From: Ginglymostoma cirratum
Lineage: Eukaryota
Direction: 5' to 3'
DNA length: 64,000 nt
NCBI GenBank assembly: GCA_024137785.1
Contig: JAHRHZ010000139.1
Location: 36,479,069 to 36,543,068 of the forward strand
The notes below the pieces were generated by a model. That model saw only the letters and a list, made by a program, of their open reading frames with translations, did not search any database and was not told where the DNA came from. A program made the position numbers and the translations under genes. The stretch's first letter is position 1. The number at the start of each line of letters is the position of its first letter. Shown here in pieces: positions 11,932 to 25,100 of this stretch.

Positions 11932-13899
11932 AAGTAGTCAGTTTATTTTTGCTGAACTGTTCTAACGTCACTACCTGATGTTCTAGCTTCTCTCCCAAGT
12001 AGGTGCCCAAGGATTTGTATTTGTCCCTTGATCATTTTGTGGGAGTTCTTGAAGGCATCGAGTGTGAAATTGCAGCAAAAAGTGCCACAAGCCATTTGAT
12101 GTGACGTGGTAATTTAAGCTTTCAAGGGTGGTGAAGGATTGCTTCCAGTTTTTGAGCACTCTGCCTATACTACATTATTTTGGACTGATTTTTGTACAGA
12201 AAGAATCCAAAAGACCACCGTTATTTAATTATCCAGTAATGTCCATCACCTGAAAAGATCCTACGATGTCAGATCTATCATATGGTTCAAACCTGTAATA
12301 AACTGTTAGAAAGCTGTGGCTTAAATTGTCAGAGTATTCTCTGATTTCTAAGTTCAAAGGAACCGAAACTCACTGGATCACAGCATTTGTATCATGTAGG
12401 TTGTCTCCCAAAAAAAAACATGGGAAGCATTCATCATGTGCTGAACTGTTGAGTTATACAAAAGTAGATTTGCATATTGTGAATGAGATTTGGGCGTTCA
12501 TCCCTTTTTTAAAAAAGGTGACAAGTTTGAGTTGAAGTCAACAACAAGGTACAAGGTTGAGGAAAGTTTCACACTAAGGGAAAAATTCAGGACTGCATAA
12601 TAAAACCTTAGTTGCAAATATTTGGAATAAACTTCTAGTCAGAATAGTAAATGTAAAACGCTGAAATTTAAGGAGAGTTTGATAACAAAGAAGTTGAGGT
12701 GGTAGGTGGATGAATTTTGTAGGTGGATGAATTGGTTTGGTTGAATAACTGACCTTGTCTAAAAATACCTTACGTTTGCGGAGAAAAAGTGGATGATCTA
12801 GTTTTTCAATCAACTTTCCTCAATACAGAACTATGTTGATGTACTGGCGTGCTCAAGTTTCTTGGAATTTTACCAACACTGGAATGGAACTTTGGAAAAT
12901 GAATCACCCTAAAAAATGAATATTTTTAAAGTGTTGATAAGTGTTTAATACAGGATTAATTTTGATTTCAGGAGATTGGGAATAGAAAGAGAAACAATTC
13001 ATGGTGTGCAATGCAGCTCGTTAAACAAAAGTGGTGAGTTAGTAGTGATGAGCAGTCATATCAACTATGTGTGGGCACAGTAATAATGATTTACCTATTT
13101 TAAATAATAATGGAATAAGAGCACGGAATCTTGGCGTTTTAGGTTTGCACCTTTCCGGGCTAACGATAACATGAGTTTGACTTCTCTTGAAGTTGCCTGA
13201 GTAACTAAGAGGGAGGGAATGGTTTAGAAACGGTAACTGCAAGATAGATTCCCTGCAAAGGTGTGGTGTGGGGCCTGGCCTAAATTAATTGAATAGAAAA
13301 TTTAGCAAAGGCAAAAACAACAGCTGATGTTAATCTGAAATAAAAACATGCTGGATACCTGCTAACAGCATCTATGGATGGAGAAACGGTCAACTTTTCT
13401 GGAAAGAGGTTTTTGTTTCTGTACGATGTTGTCAAACTTAGTGGGGGGGATAAAAAATCACCTACGTTTGATCAAATCCTCTCTCGTTGGGAACATAATG
13501 TACTCCAGCTGATTCATGATCGATAGATTATTGCATTTTAAATGGACGTAAACTGACTTGATGAAATTGTTCTGAATTTTTCAAGAAATATTAATGATAA
13601 CTGGAGGTGAGGGTTGAAAAATTGTATTAAAAATAGTGCTTTAGTTTTAGTGTAGTGGAAAGAGAAATGGTTAGAATTAGCTGAAGATATGGCCGACTTT
13701 TTTTGTGTGGTAAAAATGAGAATGTAAGGTTACTTGCAGCTCAATGTTCGAGCTCACCTCTTCAGAAGAGATTTGAGACTTGTCATTGTAATCTAGGATA
13801 GCACTGTAGTGTTGACCTCTGTAAATTTGGACTCGGGCATTGGCTCTTCGTCTGTAGGAAACAGAAGCTTTATAACTAAATTTGCTGAATTATGTGGCA

Positions 13900-14950
13900 A
13901 AAATTAGTAACTTACGTGGGTGCATAATATTGCAAAAGGACGTGGATAGACTGAACAGAATTGATCAATGGAGCTCAATGAGAAAGTGAGGTTATCAGCA
14001 ATGGAATAAAATAAAAAATTCCTAAATAGGCAAAGAATTCTAGAAAAGCAGTGTGGTATCTGGATTTATGTACAGAAATCACTATAAGCTGGTGAATGGT
14101 CGCTAAAACTATTTTATAAGCCTCGTTGGGTATTGGTCTTCATTTCAAATGTTAGAGTACAAGAACAGCAATTAATTTTATAGTACTGCATTTGGTTTTG
14201 GGGACCACATCTTGGGGAAAGATGGAATGGCTTGAACACATGCAGTGCCAAATCAGCATTGTGGTAACAGTAAAAAGAATGATCAAGGATAGGTTGCATG
14301 CAATAGGTATGCATTCCCTTGAGTTAATTTGAATGTTCTAATTGATTTGAAACGTTTTTATTGGGTTGATAGAAACTATTTCACTTGGTGTTCAGAACAA
14401 GAAAGCAGCCTTCAAAGGAAATTTTCAAGGTTCTTGAGTCATCTTCGCGACAGGTACTGAACAATTTTGAACATGTTTCTTCCCCTTAAAAAGTTGCAGA
14501 GGGTAGATCAACTGGGACTTTTTTACCTGACACAGATCTTTGTACAAGAGTATTACTAAAAAATAATTACAGTTTGGAATGAAGCCCATTCGGTTTATGG
14601 CCATGCTTGCTGTCTGGAAGAAAAACTTGCATGGTTCCACTTGCCCTACACTTTCCCCATGGCCCTACAAATTTCTTTGCTTCAGATAACTTTGCATTCA
14701 ATGTTCTCAATTCAATCTGCTGCCACCACTCTAGGCAGAACATTTTCAGATCAAAAACATTTGTTTCACCAATTCTAAAACTGATGGTGTCTGGTTTATC
14801 GATCATTCTGGCAATGGAACTGATTGTGATTTTTGGCAACCTCTTTCAAATTTCCTTTTAATATTCGCACCAAGGAGCACATCTCCAGCTTGTCCAAACC
14901 ATCTACTCCAGTGCCTCCCCATCCCTCCTAAAGAGTCGTGCCCAGATTTT
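13900..14950. mobile_element. Highly degenerate CR1-type fragments (+ then -)
   Basis: Residual CR1 RT and tail phrases. Confidence 0.45.
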
Positions 14951-17900
14951 GGCAATACTTTAGTTCCAGCTGAACTTGAAATTTTATACAGGGTCATGCT
15001 GCTTTTTTAATCCTACTTTTTTTTTTAAAATAAGCCTAGGATCCATAACACTTGATTGGTCATTTCACCCTGCCCTGTCACTTAATGTGATTTGTGTACA
15101 TATACATGGACTCTACCAACATGAATAATTTCACATTTCTCTGCATTAAATTTGATTTGCCCCACTTGTCCCATCATTCCACCGACTTCTCATACATATG
15201 GTCTTAGGGGATGTGGAATATACTTGGCTATTTGGACCAAATGTACATTCCTTTCACGATCTGATGCAATGGCAGAGCAAATGCGAAGGACTGAATGATC
15301 TTCAGCTGTTCGTCTGTTAGATGTGCTGTCTCTTGGAGGAGATGTTGAACCAATGGCCTGGCTGAAATAAGATGCCATAACACTTCAGAAAAGCATAGAG
15401 TCACAAAAGAAAGTCAGGCGATTTTCTTTTTTAAAACCTCCTCAAGCAAATTTTGCCAAAGATTTCAGAATACTAACCCACCCCTCTTGTGTTTAAGAAG
15501 CAAGCAAAAGACAATCCAGTAACTATAGTCTGAAAATTCAGGATGAAATTAGCAAGTGCTTGGCATGTGGTTGAGTTTAACTTTTGAAATATTCAGTGGA
15601 ATTTTTAAAGTCATTTGGATAGTTAGTGGGAACAAGCTGTGGCTTATGGACTTTGAGAAGACCAAGGTATCTGATACAAAGCTTGTTACAAAAAGGAAAA
15701 GCAAGGGGAACATGTCTGCCAATCAACTCTTCTAGCTAATTAACAATGGTTATGGAAAAATTGCAATTCCTTGAGTTTAACTGGGATTGGAAGTGATGTC
15801 TCAAGGGCTTGTGAATTAATGTTTGTTTGTGCATATAAATTTGGACACAAACATTTGTGGATTGAAAAAACATCTAACGGGACAGGGAAAAAAAACTTGG
15901 AGAATAGAAGGTAACAAAAAGGCATAAACAGATTCCGGATACATTTGGGAGCTCTAGTTGAAAGGAAAACACATTTTGTGTAAACTGAATTGAAGGGTGT
16001 ACAAAATGCTACTCTTGAAGTGCGGATAGTTGACCAGTTACGTTTTATCTGTAGTAACAATATACTATTGCAAAGACAAAATAATGGGTTTGTGAAGTAT
16101 CTATTTTAAAGAAATTTTCTCCACTCAAGTGTAGAAGAATGTAAAACGTGTTAGCATGTGATTAGTTGAAGCAAACAAAATAGATGCATTTAAGGGGAAA
16201 CTAGACGCAAGATAGGTGGCCATGGTGGAAGTTTTAGGTGAGCACGCATGGGAGGAAGCAAGGGTGGAATATAAACACTGGTGCAGACTTATTGAGTTGT
16301 ATGACCTGTTTCTGTGCTATATTTTCTGTTAAGAATGCTAGATTTTCAGTCAAATTTTGAAGGATGTGACCTACAAAACTGGAAACAAGCCATTGCGATC
16401 TGATGACAGGGAGCAGGTCAAAATGTCTTTCAAATAAGAATACCTGGATGCAAAGAGACATCGGACCTTGTTGTTGCCCAGGCTTAACACTTGACAGTCA
16501 GGCTAAAAGTTTTACGGAAGAAATTACTACTGTACCATACCATTTTTAGCTGAATTGCCACACAGGGATGAGAAGACTGGACCTAGGTTTATAGGAAACT
16601 ACCATTGTGAAGAATTAAACTGCAGAATCGCTACTAGTTAACTTGAAACAAAATCTATTTGATTGTGCTCAACGGGTTAAGTGAACAACTTTGTTTAAAG
16701 TCGGCGGAAGATTCATCCTTATGATGTAGAGCAAAGAAATCCTGTAAGCGGGGAAGAGCTTTGAACGTTATCTGCAGAGATGTAGTCCTGCAACTAGAAC
16801 AGTATTATGTATAAACGTGACATGGGGTTTTTTGGTTTTGAAAAGGTTTTAGGAATTTTTGTGGTTTATTTTGTTTAAACATTAACAGTAAATATAACCA
16901 ATATTTTACAGTTTAAAAAGTCATAAAATGTGAAGCTTTGTATAATCCTTTTGAGTTAGTCACTGAAATTCAAACTGACATATTAGCACCTACAGGAATT
17001 GGAACAAATTCATAACTAAATTTGACTTCAACTCACAGACAAAATAACTTGCAGCTAGGATTAAATCTTACTGTACATGGCTTCAGTATTCTATCAAAAG
17101 TGGATTGACCCTTAGTTATCGAACATTGAGGAAAACTTCTAAATGTGCCACTTGTGACACCAAAGGCAAAACACTACAGTTAAATGAAAAAACAATGCTG
17201 GAAGTATTCAGCAGGTTACGCAATATCTGTAATGAAAGTTGTCTTTGACTGTGCTCTTCCATCAACATTACTGGGTGTTACTTTAAATTGGTGGTCTGTG
17301 GCTATAAAACCTTGTCTTCATTCTGAATCAAAACATTAGTTCTTAGAAACTGAATATCAAATTTCCATAGTGGTCGTTATGGAAATACTCAGCAGGTCTG
17401 GTAGCATCTTTGGAATGAGAAACCAAACTACTGTATCTGGTTGTGTTCTTCCATCAGTGTTTGAGTTCACAACTCCACATTGATTCTGATTTTCTGCCTA
17501 CAGAGGCTAATCATTGAGTATTTCTAGCATTCTCTGGTCTTAAATTCCTGGTATTGGTAGACTGTTGCTTCTGCTATCCTGCTGCTTTAGAGAAAAAAAA
17601 ATTCTGACTTTGCACTCCCACTTCTATTTGAAGTTTGGCATAGTTAAACGTGGCCTTGCAATGCATCCTTATTTGCAATGAAAATGTTGTGCATCGTTGG
17701 GTATGCACAAGTATTCTACCAGTAACTAATATTAAGAATACTATTGCTAAGTTCTTTAATTCATTGGCCCTGGTAATCCATTTTTCTTCACTATATTGCA
17801 ATGCAGGTCTAACATATTTAGTGCCAGGTCACTGAAATTGTGTTTCTGAGAACTTTCTTTCATTAAGGAAAAGGCTTTAAACATTTCATGTTAAAAGCAT

Positions 17901-20900
17901 TTCTCGTAACATTTCCATCCACGTCTAAGCATTGGGGTAATGGTAAATAACTACAGTGATCGTGTCTGTGTTTTAGCCTGATTAGCACAATGGAGATTCT
18001 GGTGTTCTACAATATTCTTTAAATACAGACTTTTAGACAGTTTTCCGTTTCGTCAGTATCTTTTTTTGGATTCAGGTTTTCTTTTTATTTGCTAATTATT
18101 CCTCTTAAATTCTTGCTATCTGATGTGATTGATTTAATTGATTTTTTTTGCTTCTGATTTGGTCACTGTTTTGCAAAATACCACTCTCCTGTAAAAGTTG
18201 TGAAGTAACTCAAAGCATGATTTTGGGATGCCTGCTTTGAATTTAATAGAGTGGAAGCCAATTTTATAGCTTTGTGTTTGTAATCAAAAGCTTTCTCCAG
18301 CAGTAATTTAGGTCAAGTTCATGTAAGAAACTAAACTTTTGTCTCCATTGTCCTTGTTTAAAAATCTAATTGTTGTCCTTTTGTTTAAATACAGTTTTGA
18401 CTCATCGTTAATTACAGAACTTGTGTGCCTAAGTCATTTTTACTAATGAAAAATGATGCTTATTCCAGTTGTACCTGCATTGTCTTGGCTTATCTTTGTT
18501 CCTTTGTAAACAATCAGCATTAGAATGGGATATAGAAATGCTAAACTGATATTTGGCAAATAAAGAATTGTAATATTCTGGGTATATTTCAAATTAAAAT
18601 CACAACTGTGGCTATTATAAAGTTAAAAGAACATTAAAACAGTTTAAATATAGTTAATTCAATTTGTATTGTGTTAGTATTTTTTTAAAAAAAGCTTTCT
18701 TTCTGAAATCCTGCCTCAAGCATCATTGGTAACATCAAAAAGTACTGATGATAGTTTTTCCAATTTGAGTATATCTTGCCCTTCTGATCCGTTTAAGGCT
18801 ATCAATGAGTGTGTCATTTGTATCAGTTGACTTTTTGTTTACATTTTGAGTTCATAATAAGTCAAGCTACAGTTTGTCTGTTTAGCCATGAAACATTCTG
18901 TGCATTCATATAAACATATGATAAGTTAATCTTTAAATTTTGAGGCTTTCTACTTACTGTGTAGCTATATCAATTTTGCTTTCTGCTTTCTTGCATTTCT
19001 TTTCCTCCCATTGATCTGAACTGCTAGGAGTTTGAATACTGTTTTAATTTATCAGAATTGGTATTTTCAAAGTCAGGATTGTTTTCCTTACCTGACTGCT
19101 CAGTTTTAAGGAGATTGAAGTTGCATATTCTGTTAACAGAACCGTGCAGCTGACTGAGGAAGATTAAAAACTGTTAAATGTTTGAAAGGTTGTAGTTGAA
19201 GTGTTTTAAAAGAGAAAACTGTTGCATAACGGAAGAACTGACAATTTAATAAAAATGGCAATGAAGAAGCTGAAGAGGGAATTGGTGCATTGAAACCTGT
19301 TACTGTAGCGGAAGTTGCATTGACTACTGTGAAACCACGAGCAAAATTTTAAAGGCAAATAAATCTCCTTTTTTATTGGGTTAATGAACATAAATCAAAT
19401 GTACTTGTGTATCATGCAATCTTTTGGGATGAACTCTTGTAAATATAAGTCACACTAAAATCTATTTTTACGTCTTGTGTTTTAAATTTGCGTTGAACAG
19501 ATGACGAGTGCCAATTTGAAAAAAAATAAAGATTTACCACACCTATGAAGTCTTTGTTGCTATATGTAAATGACTATATACCGTGGGATGTTGAAATTAT
19601 TTTTATTTAATATGGTCATTGCTTCTCATGCTTGGTACTGGGAAAACTGAACAAGATCTTTAAATGGGTCATTGGAACTGAACCTGAAGGAATCAACATG
19701 CAAGTATGTAATAAAGCATAGGTTTTAAAGCTTGAATGCTTTTGCCTGAAGACCTGCAAAAAATATAAATATTTTCTGTATATAGTTAGTATAATACTAT
19801 TTTTGTCACTTTCCAGTGATAACCAGCAAGTGTATAGTATCTGGTTCACTCTGAATAGATGCTTTCAGAAGTTAAGATGGGACATTCCAGGGATGTCGGT
19901 TTGTTTTTGAGGGAATCTAACGTTTTGAGCAGAAACTCTAGAATCTAGTTTCCACCCTGGCTTGGGGAGTGAGATCAGCTAGCCTCACAGGTGAGGGATT
20001 AAACTTTGGAATTTTCCATTTGCTGCATCTCTAATGTACAATATCACTTTTAACAAAGGAATATGAATTATTTGCTTAAAAGAAGAATAAAAATACTCAT
20101 GTATAAAACCAAACTGTATGCAGTGTGTTGTTGGAACTATAACTCACATCCTTAGCTTCTCCTTGTTGAAGGCATTAATGCTTCACAGAAGACCTGGCCT
20201 GTTTCACTATTTCATTCACTTAGTGTAGCTTGAATAAAAAAGAGCATTAAGGATAGTGTTAGAGTAGGTAAAAGACTGCTAGTCATTTCATACACTTTTT
20301 TGAAGGACCAATTAAGCTAACATAAAGGAATTAACATTTCTTGTATTCTAACCTGTTATCAGAAGAACATTAAGAAAGGACGCAAGTGACTTATATTTCA
20401 CAATCTTGGAGTGTGATGATTAGCAGTACTAATTAGCCAATAATTCCCCAAAATTCCTTAGCATATTAAGTTTTAACAATGGGTTAGATAGAATATTAAA
20501 TATATTTGCCAAAAAAACAAGTTTGTGATCAACTCGCTGTATACCTACGATACTAAAGCTTGTGAAATAAATGCTAGTGAAACCAAAAAATCTATTTCCA
20601 AAGCCACCTTGCATTTAATCAGGCTATTCCAGAAAATCGCATGCGTTGAGGAAAACTCATTGAATATGATAGAATTCATGGGAAAGATAATTAGTAAATC
20701 AGTGCTAGGTTTGAGAAGTTAAAAATATGGGCACATTGATGGTGGAATATGTAACAGATGAATGGGAAGTTAAAAATTGGAATAAATAGATAGTTTTTGG
20801 GTTGTATGTGTCATCATTGGTATTGATCTTTATTCTCCATTTGAATAAGTTATTTGAATATAGGTAGAGGGATTATAATTGCTGGATTCCAAATTAAGGA

Positions 20901-21759
20901 TAATGGCAAACGAGTGCAGAAAGGCCACCCTGCTTAAGGAAATATGCAAATATGTGACAAGTGTACTCAATATAGATAAATGTGAAAGTTATCTATTAAC
21001 TACTCTTTCCTCCTCAAATGCATTCTAATTTTTGTTTTCTTAAACTGACGAAAGCGATCTACTAATGCAAACACTGATTCAAAATCATTTCTACCCAATT
21101 TAGACAAAGTCTTAACCATCCCTGTGCTTACTGGCAACACCCAGAATTGGAAAGTTTTGGCTGTGTTGTGAGCTCTTTCGGGTGATTTCCCTTCCCTCCT
21201 CCAGCCTTAGTGCCTTTTTGAGAGCTTGGTGCTCCTCCAATTCTGGCCTTTAGTGCGTCAGTATTTTTCTTCCTCAACTATTGTTACTTTTACCTTGTGA
21301 TGCATAAGCGTCTAAACTATGGAAGATTCTGCAGAAGTTTCTTTCATCCTTTTTGCTCCTATCGTAGCTCTTTGACGTAGTGAAATTCTGTCATGCAACA
21401 GGCTTTAAGGTCCTTTTTTAAATGCAAGTTGTTAGTACACATTTTAAAAGGATTTGTAGATAGAAATGGAATTGAGTGTTTAAACATAGGAAAGTTTATC
21501 CTTTTAAAAACAAGGGAATAAATTTGCAGAGGATTTGTCATTTATTTAATGTGGTTTGGGTAATTAACTGGGATAATGTATTCATAATAATGAAGGGATG
21601 AGTAAGTACAGTAGTTCTGGATGAATGGGGCTGTAATTGAAAGATTTTCACTGGAGAATCAGTAATGAAGGCACACATTTTGGAATACAATACTGAAATG
21701 TTAACAACAATATTTTAATAGCCCTTTGGCTTCCTGTGATTGTTTTACCTCATGGTACC

Positions 21760-22120
21760 AGTTATGCCAGAAAGCAGCCATAGGTCTGAGATCTGTGGGT
21801 TCAAGTCGTGCTACCCTGTCAGAGCTGACATCTTTTTTAATGAGGCCTTAAATCTAAGCCACTTCTGCTCCCTTTGGATGCAAAGGATCCCATGCTACCA
21901 TTTAGAAGATTTAAGTGCGTTCTCTCCAATCCTCAGATCAAAAATCCCTCCCATCAATGTCACAACAGATGAATTGATCGTTATGACATTGCTTTTTGTA
22001 GCAGTGTGTCGTATGCAAGTTAGCTGTCACAATTAATTGTAATGCAAGAAATGTATTGCAATAACACTGAACACCAAATGTCTCAACCCTTTACAAAGGT
22101 GCCATATAAATGCAATCATT
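21760..22120 (+). mobile_element. DeuSINE (SacSINE1/AmnSINE-like) remnant
   Basis: GGGTTCAAGTC B box followed by Deu-domain-like GATCCCATG...ATTGCTTTTTGT...TGCAAGTTAGCTG and L2-like tail TATAAATGCAA. Confidence 0.55.
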
Positions 22121-25100
22121 TCTACCTCTTGTTCTTTAGCCATGGAGATGTTGGTGCAATAAATCTCCATGCAAGTGTACTTTCAGCAGTTAGCTGGAAA
22201 ATCTGGCTCAGTGTTTTTCCCACTACTTAACTGGTTCTAAGGTTAACTGAGATTCATCTGCCCGATCTGCAGTAAGTCAATAACATCAGACAATGAATCC
22301 AGGATCTTTCCGAATTAAGTGGCTCAACTAATGAGAAATGTGCTGTCCCCTTTTTTGTGTTAAATGTCATTTTCGTCAACTATTAGGCATCTTTCATGAG
22401 AACCATTGGTCACATTTTAAAACCATAATACATTTAGAATGTCATTTCAAATAACATTTTATTTCCAACTGTTAGTAGCATTTCATCAATGAGCATCCTT
22501 AGTAATGGTGACCTAATTTAATATTTTTTTTCCATCCGCGGATATTTCAGAAATTAATAGCAGAAAACATAATGATTCAAATCAAGCTCACTTGGTTCCA
22601 TGTAGTGTACACAAAATTTACATCCAGTTACAGAATGGAATTCAATATTGTGTGCACAAATCCTCTTGAAAGCAAACCATTTAGCAAAATCATGCAAACA
22701 AGTAATAATAGTTGTTTCTTGAAATGTAATGATAATCCCAATCAAATGCAAATATTCTGGAGTGTTCTGAATCTCGTGTTGTTCATTCAAAGCAGTCGCT
22801 TCTGGTTTCATAATTTGTGTGCATTTTGTTTCTATTCATTTTGGCAACGTAAAATGTATTTACGCTGTTGAATACATTGCTGTCAATGGTAACTAATAGA
22901 AAACAGACTTTAGATACTTTTAGACCCCTAGATGGGTGGAACTACAATCCTAATTCTCAATTCTGTGCTTCTGCAAAACAGGTCTAACAAACTAATTTCA
23001 TAACTATTGATCAGAAAAAGTGAGATTTCATTAAACACACCAACCTAATTTGTGGCATTTACTGAATAGCATTTTGAGGTCCTTCAGAAAGTGAGGCAAC
23101 AGTATCTTTTGAGTTGTTAGGTTACAGTATATGCAATCAGGGCCCCTTTAGAGATACTATTGATAAGTTTTTGTCCCCCCAAAGCATGTTAATTTGGCAT
23201 ATTCAACCATAAGTATTTACACTTGCAAAAATACACAGTTTTGAGGTTATAACATTGCTGGATTACTGGTCTAGTCTGTGAGTCTAATGCTTTAACAAAG
23301 CCATTAGACAAAATTGAGATATTTTTATCTTGTAATCTAAAATGTTAATCTTAAACGTATGAATGTAGAACGGTAAAATGACATGCTGACATTGCTGTGA
23401 ACAGAAGCAGTGGTGGTGGTTCCAAAGTGGTAATGCAACTAAGGACTATGTAATAAATCTGAACCATGTAACCAAATTGAGAAGTGGATGTGCAGGATAG
23501 TACCAGTAATTATGATTTTAATAGACTATTTAAAAGTTCTTTCCTGAAAAGCAGCTTAATTTCATGACCTGTTCACTAATTGTTACTTTACCTAGCTCAG
23601 TTACAACTTCTTTGTAGTCGCTTTTTATCTGCACCTTTTGTCTGATCATGATAGGATGTGCAGCAGATTAAATTAAATTATTTGGATATTAGCAAATTGT
23701 GTTGCTGCACAAGATAGCTGGAAATATGTAGTTGTTTGCCTTTTTGAGCCAAGAGTTTTCAAAATGGATGAATACAAAAGGATAAAAATGATTTTTTTCA
23801 GTTGAAACAAATATTGATGAAATATTGTTCGTAATTGCAGATTTGTTGGGGCACCAAGATGAGGCATTAGCATAAGTATGCTACCCAGAAAATAAATCTA
23901 AACTGTATTGATTTCTCTCTTTTTTTTTTTGGAATAATGTAAGCTGGTTTCTTGTGTAAAGCTGACGGTGATTCTTTGAAGAATTAACACGAGCTTAAGA
24001 TGCTCTTAAAACCAGGAATGTGAAGTGTGTCATTCTTGATATGCATCCAAGTCCAATTTAATATCATCTCTCTTGTCCTAAGAAATATTAATACAAAACA
24101 TCGAACTGTCCATTGATTTGGTCAGAGTTCCTATATCTTCACTTCAGAAATTCTTTTTCAATTTGGAAGCCAGGAAAAGTGTGAAAATGTTAGCACCCTG
24201 AGGAGAACAGCACTTTGCTAGAAAAGAGGGTGGAATTTTGAGCCATTATTATTGACACCCCATTAATGTAGTTACTGACCCACCTTACATGGGAATAACA
24301 TCGCTTTGTTGATCATGCTCAGACCTTTCTCTCCTTGTTGGTGCATAATGGGATGGCCTTGTCACTTGAGTTAAGGAAGCTTGAAATATTGTGGAAATTT
24401 GTGCTTCTGATCAAAGAAGATCTATTTAACATGTTTTCCCAAAAAAAAATCAATGATTGTGGATTTTTTGGCTGAAGGGCAGGGAGTAGAATTTTCAGCA
24501 TTTCGATTGTTCAGTCTGCAGGATATTGTGGTTTGCACTAGGTCTGACTTGCTGTTTTTCCACAAAGATAAATACTTCCAAATTAGGGCAAGAGCTGTTG
24601 TCGTATTCAAAAATTGCGGCACGTGTTATTTCTTTGTTTTAAAAAGTATTGGAGAAAAGCTTTTAAGAAGCAAGTTTCATTGAAATATTAGAGCTTTTCT
24701 ATTTACCACTTGCTTAGATTGCTAAACAAATGGATCAAAAGAGGCTATCCTGTAAGCTTTAATTTTGCTGAAATAATTTATGATCAATTTTTTAAAAAAA
24801 TTCTCAACTGCAGCATTTTTGGGACTTGCTTATGAAGTGAACTTTATTGAAATGCATATGACATTCTACCTCATATGAGCAAAGCTCCTCACAATCTGAT
24901 ATGACTAAAAGAGCATTCTCTTTAGATCTTTTGGACTGTTTCTGCTATTTCCTTTGTTATGGCACATGGAAAATGTTATCACCCCTCTCTGGAAGAATGA
25001 CTGTGAAACCACATTCTGAAATTTGGAAACCTGGAGTTCAGTAACCTAACAGAATTGTTACAGGGGCTAGGGATTCTCTATGAATAGAACTGGGTCAAAT

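Noticed and set aside
16400-16428. CTGATGA motif as a hammerhead
   Set aside because: No stem II and no GAAA.
16327-17006. Possible solo LTR (TGTT...AACA)
   Set aside because: No target-site duplication and no second copy in the window.
17952-17975. miR-1329-like start TACAGTGATC
   Set aside because: Match ends after 10 nt and there is no convincing hairpin.
17800-19400. MALAT1/NEAT1-like triple helix (TCAGGTTTTCTTTTT at ~18072)
   Set aside because: No upstream paired U-rich motif and stem, no downstream A-rich tract, and no tRNA-like mascRNA.
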